IMG/VR virus record: IMGVR_UViG_3300049913_000008
Span: 1 to 36,245 of that record
Source: a virus
Taxonomy: Duplodnaviria > Caudoviricetes
Length of the DNA: 36,245 bases
Strand: one strand, 5' to 3'
Position 1 is the first letter of the stretch. Every line of letters begins with the position of its first letter. This document shows positions 7,559 to 16,670 of this stretch, one piece after another. The translations under genes and the position numbers were made by a program. A model generated the notes under the pieces. It saw only the letters and a list, made by a program, of their open reading frames with translations. It ran no database searches and was not told the DNA's origin.

Positions 7559-9135
7559 CTTGCTCTTCCCCAATAATATTGGATGCGACCCCATACCATG
7601 GGACCGCCTTGATTTGACGATGGCAATACACTCCACGCGCCAATCCCCGATCCGCCCCACCATGTCACGCCGCCGTTTTTAAGCGCCCATAGGCGAGGCC
7701 GGTAGTCGTTCGCGGCAGGGTTCTTAAAGTTGGGAGGAAAGGTTAGATCGGTCGTCGCCAACGCGCCCGAATAGTTGTTCGTATTGGCGTAGAAGTCGTT
7801 GTAACCTTCAGTCAGGGTCGCACTCACATTGATTGACATGCCGGTCGCAAAGCCATAGACGATGTTGTTCTCGAAGATATTTAGGTGCGCATGACCGATG
7901 GCATATCCGACACCAGACCCGATCAGTTCGCCGTCAAGTGTGCAATTCAGAACGGAATCACCATCTGCATCGGCAGCGATGTTGATAGCATACTTGCACG
8001 AATCAATCGTCAGATGGTCGAACCTCGCGCCGTCACTCGTGCTGCTTGCTGAGACCCCGTAACCGGCTGAATATCCCACAATGTCCAAGTAACTGTATTT
8101 CGCAGCCGAAGCACAAGTGATAGCCGTAATGCCCGCCGCTGCCGGCAGGTTCGCGCCATACATGACCGGCCTGAGTCCAAATCCTGAGTATTGCCCTTGA
8201 ATAATGAGGGCTTTGGTTCCTGTGCGCGTCTCTTGATACTGACCCGCGCCAATCTTGATCGTATCCCCCGCCGTCGCATAATCCGCAGCGGCTTGCAGGC
8301 TTGGGAAGGGTTTAGTTGATGCTCCTATGCTACTCATTTTCGCATAGACCGCAGCCACCTGTGCAGGTGTCAAGCATGTCCCTTTCCAGAACATTGCACA
8401 GGCAATGTCGCCATTAAAGTAAGTTCCGGGAATTGTGGTCGCGCCTATGGCAAAATTAGCTCCAGCATTTGTAAGAGTTCCTTGATCTTTTATTGTCGTA
8501 TCTTCATAAGCGCCATTAAGAAAAAGCCAAGTCTTTTTGGCTGTTGCATCCCAAGCCATAGTTCCAAAATACCATTTATTGGCAACTAATGTGGTCGTTC
8601 CAAGCGACGTATTTGCTGGCGTGACTCCCGATTGGGTTCCGCAAGTTAAGTAGGTGCTAACGGCAAAGCTATAGCCGGCAGCGGCTCCCCGTTTACCCAT
8701 TAATCTTTGACTCACTGTCGGTGTCGCCGTCTTGAACCAACAAGCCATAGAAATATCGCCGGTCGTAACGTCGAGGATATTGCCGTCATTGATGTAGAGG
8801 TAGTTCGCCGCGCCGTTGAAACTCTGTGAACTTTGATTGCAGGCGACAGGGCTTTCATCCAAACCTGGAGGATTCAGCATTGTCAGACCTGCGGGAGACG
8901 CCGATGTGGGCGATAATAACGAATCTCCCCTGTTTCTGACTGCCCCGCCGAAATTCAGAGTATCATGATCCACGCCATCGGCCAGATACCAATATGCGCT
9001 GGGCTGCACCGGCAGGCCTCCCACACCCCAAACAATTGCTCGATAGTCCATATTCGGAGAGACATAATAGGTCGCCTGCCCGAATGCCAGCATAGGCAGC
9101 AAAAGCAGGGCGAGAATCCACTTACTCTTCATCAT
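7555..9135 (-). CDS. Signal-peptide protein with LamG/ConA-like domain and right-handed beta-helix (receptor-binding position)
   Basis: MKSKWILALLLLPMLAFG|Q; LamG motifs ISMACWFK, NKWYFGTMAWD, LFLNG, FNGDI; KPFPSLQAAAD...GDTIKIGAGQY; NCT/NNI repeats; IGAW. Confidence 0.85.
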   Translation of the reverse strand: MMKSKWILALLLLPMLAFGQATYYVSPNMDYRAIVWGVGGLPVQPSAYWYLADGVDHDTLNFGGAVRNRGDSLLSPTSASPAGLTMLNPPGLDESPVACNQSSQSFNGAANYLYINDGNILDVTTGDISMACWFKTATPTVSQRLMGKRGAAAGYSFAVSTYLTCGTQSGVTPANTSLGTTTLVANKWYFGTMAWDATAKKTWLFLNGAYEDTTIKDQGTLTNAGANFAIGATTIPGTYFNGDIACAMFWKGTCLTPAQVAAVYAKMSSIGASTKPFPSLQAAADYATAGDTIKIGAGQYQETRTGTKALIIQGQYSGFGLRPVMYGANLPAAAGITAITCASAAKYSYLDIVGYSAGYGVSASSTSDGARFDHLTIDSCKYAINIAADADGDSVLNCTLDGELIGSGVGYAIGHAHLNIFENNIVYGFATGMSINVSATLTEGYNDFYANTNNYSGALATTDLTFPPNFKNPAANDYRPRLWALKNGGVTWWGGSGIGAWSVLPSSNQGGPMVWGRIQYYWGRAR

Positions 9136-9355
9136 TCCACCCATTCTCTTGCAGATACTGGATAGGTGACTCGTCGAAGGTCGTCTCAATCCCAAGCTCG
9201 CCGATCAACCGCATTTGCTCCTCGCTGAAAGGCACGTTGCTGTTCTCATTCACGAGCAACTTGTTTTCAGTTGGATGCTTCCGAGGCACTGGCAATTCTG
9301 GGAAGTGCTCCTTCAGAATCACCCACTGTTCCGCATTGCAGATGATGTATCTCAT
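9122..9355 (-). CDS. Small tail-associated hypothetical protein
   Basis: MRYIIC...PRKHP...GWNDEE; coupled to neighbours. Confidence 0.65.
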   Translation of the reverse strand: MRYIICNAEQWVILKEHFPELPVPRKHPTENKLLVNENSNVPFSEEQMRLIGELGIETTFDESPIQYLQENGWNDEE

Positions 9356-9490
9356 ACCAAGACCCCTAATGCGCATCCAAGCGCGTTAAATGATAGGCGC
9401 GTCATTGCCGCGCCGAAGAGACAAGCAGGAGGGCCGCCATCATTAGGGGGAACCTATCTTGTTTTTTAAGCATTTGACAGCCCTCCAAGG

Positions 9491-9643
9491 TTAGTGCTTC
9501 TTACGGGACTTGCCCGCTTCGGACATGGCTATCGCAACGGCCTTTTTGCGCGAGGTCACCTTTGCCCCATGTTTGGAGCCGGAATGCAACGTGCCGTGCT
9601 TGTATTCCGCTATGACCTTATGGACTTTAGCTTGGCCTTTCAT
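9491..9643 (-). CDS. DUF6496-like small basic protein (50 aa, not in ORF track)
   Basis: MKGQAKVHKVIAEYKHGTLHSGSKHGAKVTSRKKAVAIAMSEAGKSRKKH; GGAG SD; TGATG overlap. Confidence 0.8.
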   Translation of the reverse strand: MKGQAKVHKVIAEYKHGTLHSGSKHGAKVTSRKKAVAIAMSEAGKSRKKH

Positions 9644-10266
9644 CAGCGTTCTCCAATGAGTTGAAAGTCAAGATATACATCGGTTGTTACCGCCGATGAT
9701 GCCCAAGTATTGACAGCAACCGTGCGAATGTAAGCGCCTCGTAAAACCCGTAATGGATACAACCACTTACGGGCAGAATAGACAGCTTTGGCCTTTGCAG
9801 GTATATCCTCAAACGTCCAAACTCCATAGTCGGAGCGATTGTAATTCCCGTCGGCTACAAAACAGTTGCTACTATCTGCGTTCCAACAAGCCAATCCGGT
9901 CGTGTCGTAACAGACTTCAAACCGGATGGACGTTACAGCAATCGAGTCGCCTGCTCCTGCCGATCCGCGAGGAGTAACAGTAAGCGTGAACTTGTCTGGA
10001 TTGTAGTGCATCGCTTGAAGATTGCTTTGCCAGGCAGTTGTTGAAGGCGACCATCCAATCTGTTTCCATTTACTTGTTTTTGCGGTATTGACTACTAACG
10101 TATCTGTCCATGAGTAGATGAGCGGAGCAAGTTGCCCCGTAACCGCCTCCGCTTGAGACACTGCGCCGGTATTAGGCAGTTTATCGGAAGTGTCTTGACC
10201 GGTAATCTGGCCGAACGCCGTTGCCGCGAAGCAGACGGCCAGTATGACTAACAGAAATGCTTTCAT
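9643..10266 (-). CDS. Signal-peptide beta-rich protein (jelly-roll/spike-like)
   Basis: MKAFLLVILAVCFAATAFG|Q; alternating beta pattern; ATGA overlap with the LPD38 gene. Confidence 0.8.
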   Translation of the reverse strand: MKAFLLVILAVCFAATAFGQITGQDTSDKLPNTGAVSQAEAVTGQLAPLIYSWTDTLVVNTAKTSKWKQIGWSPSTTAWQSNLQAMHYNPDKFTLTVTPRGSAGAGDSIAVTSIRFEVCYDTTGLACWNADSSNCFVADGNYNRSDYGVWTFEDIPAKAKAVYSARKWLYPLRVLRGAYIRTVAVNTWASSAVTTDVYLDFQLIGER

Positions 10267-13200
10267 TGCGTTGTTCCTTTAACTCGAAATTGATTGAATA
10301 TCTTATTGAAATCCGGCGACCTGAAGCCGGGAACCTTGCGGGATAACTTATCCATTGCAGAACGAGTTGGTTCGTCGGCTTTGACCCACTCTTGGTAATA
10401 ATAAAGCGCACGAGTTCGCGGAGCTTTTTCTGCAAGATTGAGCCAGAATGTCGGGATGTCTTTTACCGACTGTAACCGCTTGAGACGATTCGTTAAACGG
10501 TCTTTATCCTCTTGAGATGCGCCTTTAATTACCTTCCGAGCCGCACCTATATCACCAGATTTATAGGCATCATCAAGTTGCCTGTTTTGAGTAACTCGCC
10601 GCGAATTTTCCTCAACAGTTAGCCGCTCAAGGTCATCATACTTTTTAGAATTAGGATTAGTCTCTTTAGTGAAACGACGCGCAAACGGCACGTTGTTCAT
10701 TACCAATTCGTTCAGTTTAAGAGCATCTTGTCCCGTCAGTAACGATTGCGTTGCCGCGTAACCCGCCCCGACAATATCTTCATAGATGTTGTAGTTGGTT
10801 CCAATCTTGGATAGTGCGACTCGTGTTCTCTCTGGTGATATTCCTAAAGCCGCGCCCAACTGTTTAAATGATTCCGGCGTCTTATCGGTATATTCCAATT
10901 CGGGTTTGACTCTCTCCCCGCGCCAAATAGGTTCCTTTGTCCACCAATCCTCATTGCCTAAATAAGCCAGCACCATTTCAACTGTTGGCGTAACAGCGTC
11001 TATATTCGCAGGAGCCATGCTATTGATTCGATCCATTAAGCGCAATGTTGGCAACTTGCCATCGGTAGCCAATTCCCCCATCGCCTCAAATACTCCTGCC
11101 CAAAGGCGCTGCGATTGATCTTTAGGAATTTTGAAGTAGCGATAAATCTTCTGACCCTGATCATCCATTCGGTAAATAGGTATCGTTATGATCCAGTTGT
11201 TGTCTTTATCGCTATCCGAAATCTGCGCCCACGCTTCAGGGTTAATCTTGCGATTAGCATAGTAAAGCCCATAGGCTAATGCACCAAGTTGGGCAAGTTT
11301 CCACGCAAACACTTTTGGGTTATTCATCGCCGCCCAACCAAGCCTACGAGTGCCTTGAATCGAAGCATTCAGATAAGGGATACCCATGTCTAAAGCCTTC
11401 GATAAAGACCCGCCTTGCGAAAAGTCGAGATAATCCCGCGCTACCGCCGTTGCCTGTTCTGCGGTTAATCCTGATTTTAATGCGCGTTCGCGCACGGCAA
11501 GGCGCGTTAAGATTTCAGATGTTTCACCCATCCACCCAAGAACATTTTGAATTTTGCCCAATGTCTCGTGGGTTGCAATATCACCACCACCAAGTTTAAA
11601 CAATCGTCCTTGATGTGTCATAAACTCCATTCCACCACCTTCACGCACAAAATCACGGTAACGTCCACCTCGTGTTATTGCGTCATGGAATACTGAACCC
11701 ATATCGCCCATCATTTGAAATACATACTGCGGAGTGAATGAACTATAAACCGTCTTCCCGTATTGTGTTTGTCCGGCTATGGTTAGATAGATGTGCGCAA
11801 TATCTCGTGCAAGGTTTGCAAACGCGAACTCAGGGTTATAGCCGGTAGCCATTGCTTTGAGTGGCTTGGTTCCCGTAATCCAACCGACCATGTTTGCAAC
11901 TCTCTGACTCACCTCTTTGGGTTGCCCAATCCATTCATTGCCCAACTCTTCGGGCATATACATATCGTAACGTTGCCCGTTTTCAACCGCGCTTATTTGA
12001 ACCTTGCCGGAAGGTATCTTGCCACTATGAAGACCGGGAACTGGATTCCCTTTGCCGTCAACCTTCGCTGCCTCTACAATCGGATTACCGGGTTGATCGC
12101 GTGCAATATCAAGCAATGACTTAGCCGCTCGGTTATTCCAAATTCGGCTATTCGTTCTAATCGTTGACTGCCATAGCAAATACTGAGGATTATTGACGAG
12201 CGCCTGAATGCTTCCTTCGTCAAGTTTTGGAATCCCACTATCGGTTACGCTACGGGTTTTGCCTTGATACGACACCATGCGTTCGCCATCGAAATCTACA
12301 TGCTGGATAAACTTACGCGGAGCATACTTGGCATACTGCGACAGGTTGTCGTATTGCTCTTGGCTGAGTAGCCCGTCCTTCAACAGCGCATCAAGGTTCG
12401 ACCGCATGGCTTCATGGAAACGATTTGCGGCCTCGCGGATCTTCATGGTTTCATTAGCGCCCCATTCGGACTCGCGATATTTTATCCAATCGGAAGCAAC
12501 GTCTCCGCCTGCATCCGCTGAATGCTTGAGCGACTGCGCCTTTTTTAATCTCGCCTTAATGTCGGCAATGGCTTTCTCGCCGCGCTGATTAAGGATAGCA
12601 TCATCGAGTTCCTTGCCGAATGTTGTAATTCTATCATCTAATTCAACGGTTCGCTCGGCTTGCAGATACGACCCAAGCCTGTCGCGCTCTTCGGGAGTCC
12701 ACTTTTCTCCGCCGGTGATGTTGTTCCATTGCTCCTGAGACAGCCGCTCGCCTTCCGCTGTCGAATGTTTGGTGGAGTTAAGGCGCATGATTGCCTCTTC
12801 GCCCTGTTGCCCAAGATTGCGAAGCTCCGCCTTGACAGCCGCAAACGAGTCCGTCCACGCACGTTGTAGTTTGCGAACTCGTTGCTCGCCGGTTACAGTC
12901 TGCTTGGCCTTGACATCCTGCCGTTGCTTTTCAAGCATGGCCTCAAACTTCTGCGATCCCGTGCGTTGCGATTCGGGGATTTGCGATATTGGAATAACTG
13001 ACTCGCCCTTTGAACGATTCATCTCCTTGTTTAATTCATCAAGAAATCCGCCCTCCCGTCCAAGTGATTTTACGCCTTTTACAACTTCTCCGAGTGGGTT
13101 TGAATAAAGGGTTACATCGCCGCGTCCTGCAATATCTTGCGGAGTCTGAATCCCACCAGTGCTACCTACCGGAATATCAGCGTTGGTTGTAGAGATAGGC

Positions 13201-14810
13201 GTTTTCGCAACCTTACCACTTTGGAGTAATTTCACTGGGACTTTTGATTTGCCGGGATCGTTCAGCGTTGCAGTTCCGTAAGAATTGAGGCTTGTAATCT
13301 TACGTTCTTTACCGCGATACATCACCTTGTCGCCAACTTGGAATGTCGCTACGGGCGCTGCCTCAGTTCCACGAGCGGGCTTCGCCTCTGGCGCTGGCTT
13401 GGCAAGGTCGGGAGTTTCCTGCGAAACAGGCACTTCGGCGGGGTTTATTTCTCCGGGTTTGATTTCCGGCCCAAGTGTAACCTGAGACTGGAGCGAGCCT
13501 TCCGAAGGAATTGGTGGGCGACCACTTATATCGCTTGGCAAAATCCTTTGCGGAGTCTCTATTGCCTGATTAGGAGGATTATAGGGGTCTTCACCAGTTA
13601 ATCTTTGCTGCGCTTCGCGCCCACTTTGAGTTGCAAGTATTTCGCCCGCCGTTTGCGGCAACTTTAATTCCGGCCCTAATGTCACATCAGCACGAGGCCG
13701 AGTAAGATTTTGCTGAGGAGTTATCTGCTCTAACTTGCGTGATGTTGGAGTAGGATTATTAACGTCAAGCGGAGGCGGAAGCGTCTCTTCGTGTCCTTGT
13801 CGTCTCGCCTGTTCGTTCATAGCGGCAATGTTGAGTCTTATTTCGCCAGCATTACGCGGCAAATTAACAGGTTCTGTATTGCCCTTAAATGCGGGTCGTT
13901 CGCCTTGAACGGATAAATCGGGAGCTTTGAATCTTGCTGGAGTTTCAGGTAGTGGTTGTCCTTTTAGACCAAAAAATCCTCCAAGTGCATAATTGAATAC
14001 TTGTTCTGGTGCGGGTGATTGGGCAATAGTTGAAGGTAATCCACCTACCGCCGCAGATGTTGCCACACGCGCAGCCGCATTTGGAATTGCACTCGCCGCG
14101 CCAAACCCCGCACCCATAGACGCACCTTGTCCGAACTGTTTTGCACGCGAAAGAACATCATCTGCAACCGCATTCCCAATGCTTTTATCTGAAGATGCCA
14201 TTCCTACAAACATCTGTTTAGATTCGTCTGGCGACATAGCGGCAAATGTAGCCCCAAGTCCAACTGCATTCGATCCGGCGCGGGTAAGTAGTTGGCCTAT
14301 TTTATTAGCGACTACCTTTTCTCCAAACTTGGCAACCACCTTTTTCTCGACCATATTAGTCAAGGCTTTAGCCAGAGTTGCAGGAGCACGTCCTCCTCCA
14401 GCGCCTACTATGAACCCGCCAAGTGAGCCAAGTCCAGTTGCTATTGCTTCCGCCGCGCCTTTAGGCGGAGCAACTCCGTCATAAAGAATAGGCTTGAAAT
14501 AGCCAAATGTTGCTTCATTAACCCACCCGCGAATAAAGTCATCTACGACAGGCATCTTATCGTGGAATTGTGCGTCCCATGAATTTGTCTGTCCGGCCTT
14601 TAATCCGCCTGGAGCTTTTGGCAACACAATTCCAAGATCGCTGTAAGTGCGAGCAAGGAAATTGCGCGTTGCCTCATCTGCATTAAGCCCCTTTGATTTA
14701 GCATAGGGCAATAATTCATTGGCAACAAAACGCATACGGATAGCATTCCGCTTGTCGGGAGTTAGGTATTCCCATCTTGGATTAGATGTTATTTCATTCC
14801 AAGTTGTCAT
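10263..14810 (-). CDS. Large internal virion / ejection protein with C-terminal LPD38-like domain
   Basis: 1515 aa; Gly/Ala-rich hydrophobic N-region, Pro-rich linker, DFSQGG, YLNASIQG, YFKIPK, NEDWWTKEPI. Confidence 0.8.
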   Translation of the reverse strand: MTTWNEITSNPRWEYLTPDKRNAIRMRFVANELLPYAKSKGLNADEATRNFLARTYSDLGIVLPKAPGGLKAGQTNSWDAQFHDKMPVVDDFIRGWVNEATFGYFKPILYDGVAPPKGAAEAIATGLGSLGGFIVGAGGGRAPATLAKALTNMVEKKVVAKFGEKVVANKIGQLLTRAGSNAVGLGATFAAMSPDESKQMFVGMASSDKSIGNAVADDVLSRAKQFGQGASMGAGFGAASAIPNAAARVATSAAVGGLPSTIAQSPAPEQVFNYALGGFFGLKGQPLPETPARFKAPDLSVQGERPAFKGNTEPVNLPRNAGEIRLNIAAMNEQARRQGHEETLPPPLDVNNPTPTSRKLEQITPQQNLTRPRADVTLGPELKLPQTAGEILATQSGREAQQRLTGEDPYNPPNQAIETPQRILPSDISGRPPIPSEGSLQSQVTLGPEIKPGEINPAEVPVSQETPDLAKPAPEAKPARGTEAAPVATFQVGDKVMYRGKERKITSLNSYGTATLNDPGKSKVPVKLLQSGKVAKTPISTTNADIPVGSTGGIQTPQDIAGRGDVTLYSNPLGEVVKGVKSLGREGGFLDELNKEMNRSKGESVIPISQIPESQRTGSQKFEAMLEKQRQDVKAKQTVTGEQRVRKLQRAWTDSFAAVKAELRNLGQQGEEAIMRLNSTKHSTAEGERLSQEQWNNITGGEKWTPEERDRLGSYLQAERTVELDDRITTFGKELDDAILNQRGEKAIADIKARLKKAQSLKHSADAGGDVASDWIKYRESEWGANETMKIREAANRFHEAMRSNLDALLKDGLLSQEQYDNLSQYAKYAPRKFIQHVDFDGERMVSYQGKTRSVTDSGIPKLDEGSIQALVNNPQYLLWQSTIRTNSRIWNNRAAKSLLDIARDQPGNPIVEAAKVDGKGNPVPGLHSGKIPSGKVQISAVENGQRYDMYMPEELGNEWIGQPKEVSQRVANMVGWITGTKPLKAMATGYNPEFAFANLARDIAHIYLTIAGQTQYGKTVYSSFTPQYVFQMMGDMGSVFHDAITRGGRYRDFVREGGGMEFMTHQGRLFKLGGGDIATHETLGKIQNVLGWMGETSEILTRLAVRERALKSGLTAEQATAVARDYLDFSQGGSLSKALDMGIPYLNASIQGTRRLGWAAMNNPKVFAWKLAQLGALAYGLYYANRKINPEAWAQISDSDKDNNWIITIPIYRMDDQGQKIYRYFKIPKDQSQRLWAGVFEAMGELATDGKLPTLRLMDRINSMAPANIDAVTPTVEMVLAYLGNEDWWTKEPIWRGERVKPELEYTDKTPESFKQLGAALGISPERTRVALSKIGTNYNIYEDIVGAGYAATQSLLTGQDALKLNELVMNNVPFARRFTKETNPNSKKYDDLERLTVEENSRRVTQNRQLDDAYKSGDIGAARKVIKGASQEDKDRLTNRLKRLQSVKDIPTFWLNLAEKAPRTRALYYYQEWVKADEPTRSAMDKLSRKVPGFRSPDFNKIFNQFRVKGTTQ

Positions 14811-15904
14811 TGACCTATAAGCTCTTTAAGTGGGTCTTCGACCGGAACGGCATTTTCGTCAAAATAAGAGTTTGAACTTGATGGAGCATTTGGCTTCAAA
14901 AACCCCGCTCCTCCGGTTGTCGGAACTGCATCCATCAGCGATCTCTTGAGACGGTAAAGATATTCATATCCCTTAACCATATCTGCATCAACTAAAGGTT
15001 TGCCGCTTGCATCCTTCATTACAACGAAATGACCCTTGTTGTCGAAGGATTCATCTATTAGTCCTTCTTCCATCATTCTCTTATCAATAGCAGAAAGATC
15101 GGATTGGATTTTGCCCCATGACTTGAATGCGGTCTGTTTGGTTGTAATATCATAGTAACTGAACGGGGTGGAAGCGGTAATTGCCGTAGGTTTATTGGTT
15201 TTAGAATCAATAGCTACGGTTGGGGTTTCCAGATTTGTCCCAAATGTATCGTTGTATTGCTTGAAGAATGAGTTCATTGCACCTTGCGAAATCAACTCGT
15301 CTGGAATAGCTCGCGTATTAAGAGAGTGCATTTTCTCTTGAAGAGATTGTTTAGTAAGTTCAGAAGCAACCCAATCCTTTGTTCCCATTTCGGGAAGGAA
15401 CGGTTCGTTTATATCCTTAAATGATTGCGCCATTGCGACTTGTTCTACCGGAGAAAGGACGCGAGGATTTTGTCTGAACTCTTCGACCTTTTTTCTGCTT
15501 GGTTCAAGTTTAGATTCAGTTAATTTCTGTTCACTTTCCGCCTTCGCCGCTCTCGCCGCTTCAAGTTGCATCGCCGTAAGGTCTTTTTTCTGATCCGCCG
15601 CCGCCTTATCCGCCGCCGATTGACGGCCTTGAGCCAATCCAAACGCAAACTTAGTCGCCTGTTCCCGTCCAGTTGGCGACTTCATAGCACCTATAACCGG
15701 CAACCATTTGGCAATCATCTGCTCCTGAGTAGATGTCGTATCCTGAGCAAATTGCTGGAGCGCCTGAGTGAACATACCCTCATCGGCTTTCTGGTTGCGC
15801 CGATCTTGGATTTGGTTAAAGGCGAGGGCTGCACTTTGAAGGTCTTGGCCTATGGCTTGGAATGCTTCTCGCGGCCCCGTGCGACTGAATCGGTTGGCTG
15901 CCAT
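14807..15904 (-). CDS. Probable internal virion / ejection protein
   Basis: Helical, Q/A-rich; lies between the nozzle and the large ejection protein. Confidence 0.65.
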   Translation of the reverse strand: MAANRFSRTGPREAFQAIGQDLQSAALAFNQIQDRRNQKADEGMFTQALQQFAQDTTSTQEQMIAKWLPVIGAMKSPTGREQATKFAFGLAQGRQSAADKAAADQKKDLTAMQLEAARAAKAESEQKLTESKLEPSRKKVEEFRQNPRVLSPVEQVAMAQSFKDINEPFLPEMGTKDWVASELTKQSLQEKMHSLNTRAIPDELISQGAMNSFFKQYNDTFGTNLETPTVAIDSKTNKPTAITASTPFSYYDITTKQTAFKSWGKIQSDLSAIDKRMMEEGLIDESFDNKGHFVVMKDASGKPLVDADMVKGYEYLYRLKRSLMDAVPTTGGAGFLKPNAPSSSNSYFDENAVPVEDPLKELIGQ

Positions 15905-15906
15905 TA

Positions 15907-16440
15907 TTATTGCCCGCCAAAAAACGGATTATTGAAAGATGGGTCTGTTCCTTGCGTCTTACCGAATAAGGTTGATAGCCAATGCCATGCCCCTTTGCCT
16001 GCTTCCGTCGCGCCGAACGTGCCTATCCCAAGTCCAAGTTGGCCGATTGAACTAAGCACGTCCCAAATGTTACTTTGCGCGGCATCCCATTCTGCACCAA
16101 GTTCCTTCGCCTTCAACTCAGTTCCAACATTGAACTCGCGTTGTCCTTCACGGAATACTCCCTCTTGGCCAGCAAGCGAAGCCAGCCCACTTGACAGACT
16201 CTCTTGTGCGTTACCGAAAGCGTGTTGGCGCATAGCCTCTGCAAGGTTGGGATCGAAGCGCCCTTGACTTGAAAGAAATCCTACGCCTTGATCCCCAAAT
16301 ACGCCAGCGTTACGGAATAGCGTAACGCCAAGATTGTTTCGCAAAGCGGTGAACGGGTCTATATTGCCGCCTTTGTCGAATTGAAAGTTAGAGAACGGGT
16401 TGCTACCCGCGCCCCAAAAGTGTGTCCATGCGTCTGACAT
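15907..16440 (-). CDS. Probable small ejection (pilot) protein
   Basis: Gly-rich with an amphipathic C-terminal segment; synteny. Confidence 0.6.
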   Translation of the reverse strand: MSDAWTHFWGAGSNPFSNFQFDKGGNIDPFTALRNNLGVTLFRNAGVFGDQGVGFLSSQGRFDPNLAEAMRQHAFGNAQESLSSGLASLAGQEGVFREGQREFNVGTELKAKELGAEWDAAQSNIWDVLSSIGQLGLGIGTFGATEAGKGAWHWLSTLFGKTQGTDPSFNNPFFGGQ

Positions 16441-16448
16441 TTTATCTC

Positions 16449-16670
16449 CTAATCCGGGATACCCGGAATAACCTCGTGGACATCTATTCCACCACCAACT
16501 ACTGGCGGAGGAGTTATCGTTGCTGATCCGCCGCCTTCATTAACAGTAACGGTCTGACTGCCAATGATTGCCTGCACGTCGCTTGCCGATTGAGCGTTGT
16601 CGTAAATATGCTGGAGTATTTCGCGCAAAATCGGGTCTTTAACCTGCCCAAGCCAGTTATGCCGGTTCAT
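16449..16670 (-). CDS. Small tail-associated protein
   Basis: ATGA overlap with the nozzle gene. Confidence 0.65.
   Translation of the reverse strand: MNRHNWLGQVKDPILREILQHIYDNAQSASDVQAIIGSQTVTVNEGGGSATITPPPVVGGGIDVHEVIPGIPD

Noticed and set aside
10263-14810. Tape-measure protein or virion RNA polymerase
   Set aside because: No tail tube or chaperone genes and no polymerase catalytic motif recognised; LPD38-like motifs and position fit an ejection protein.
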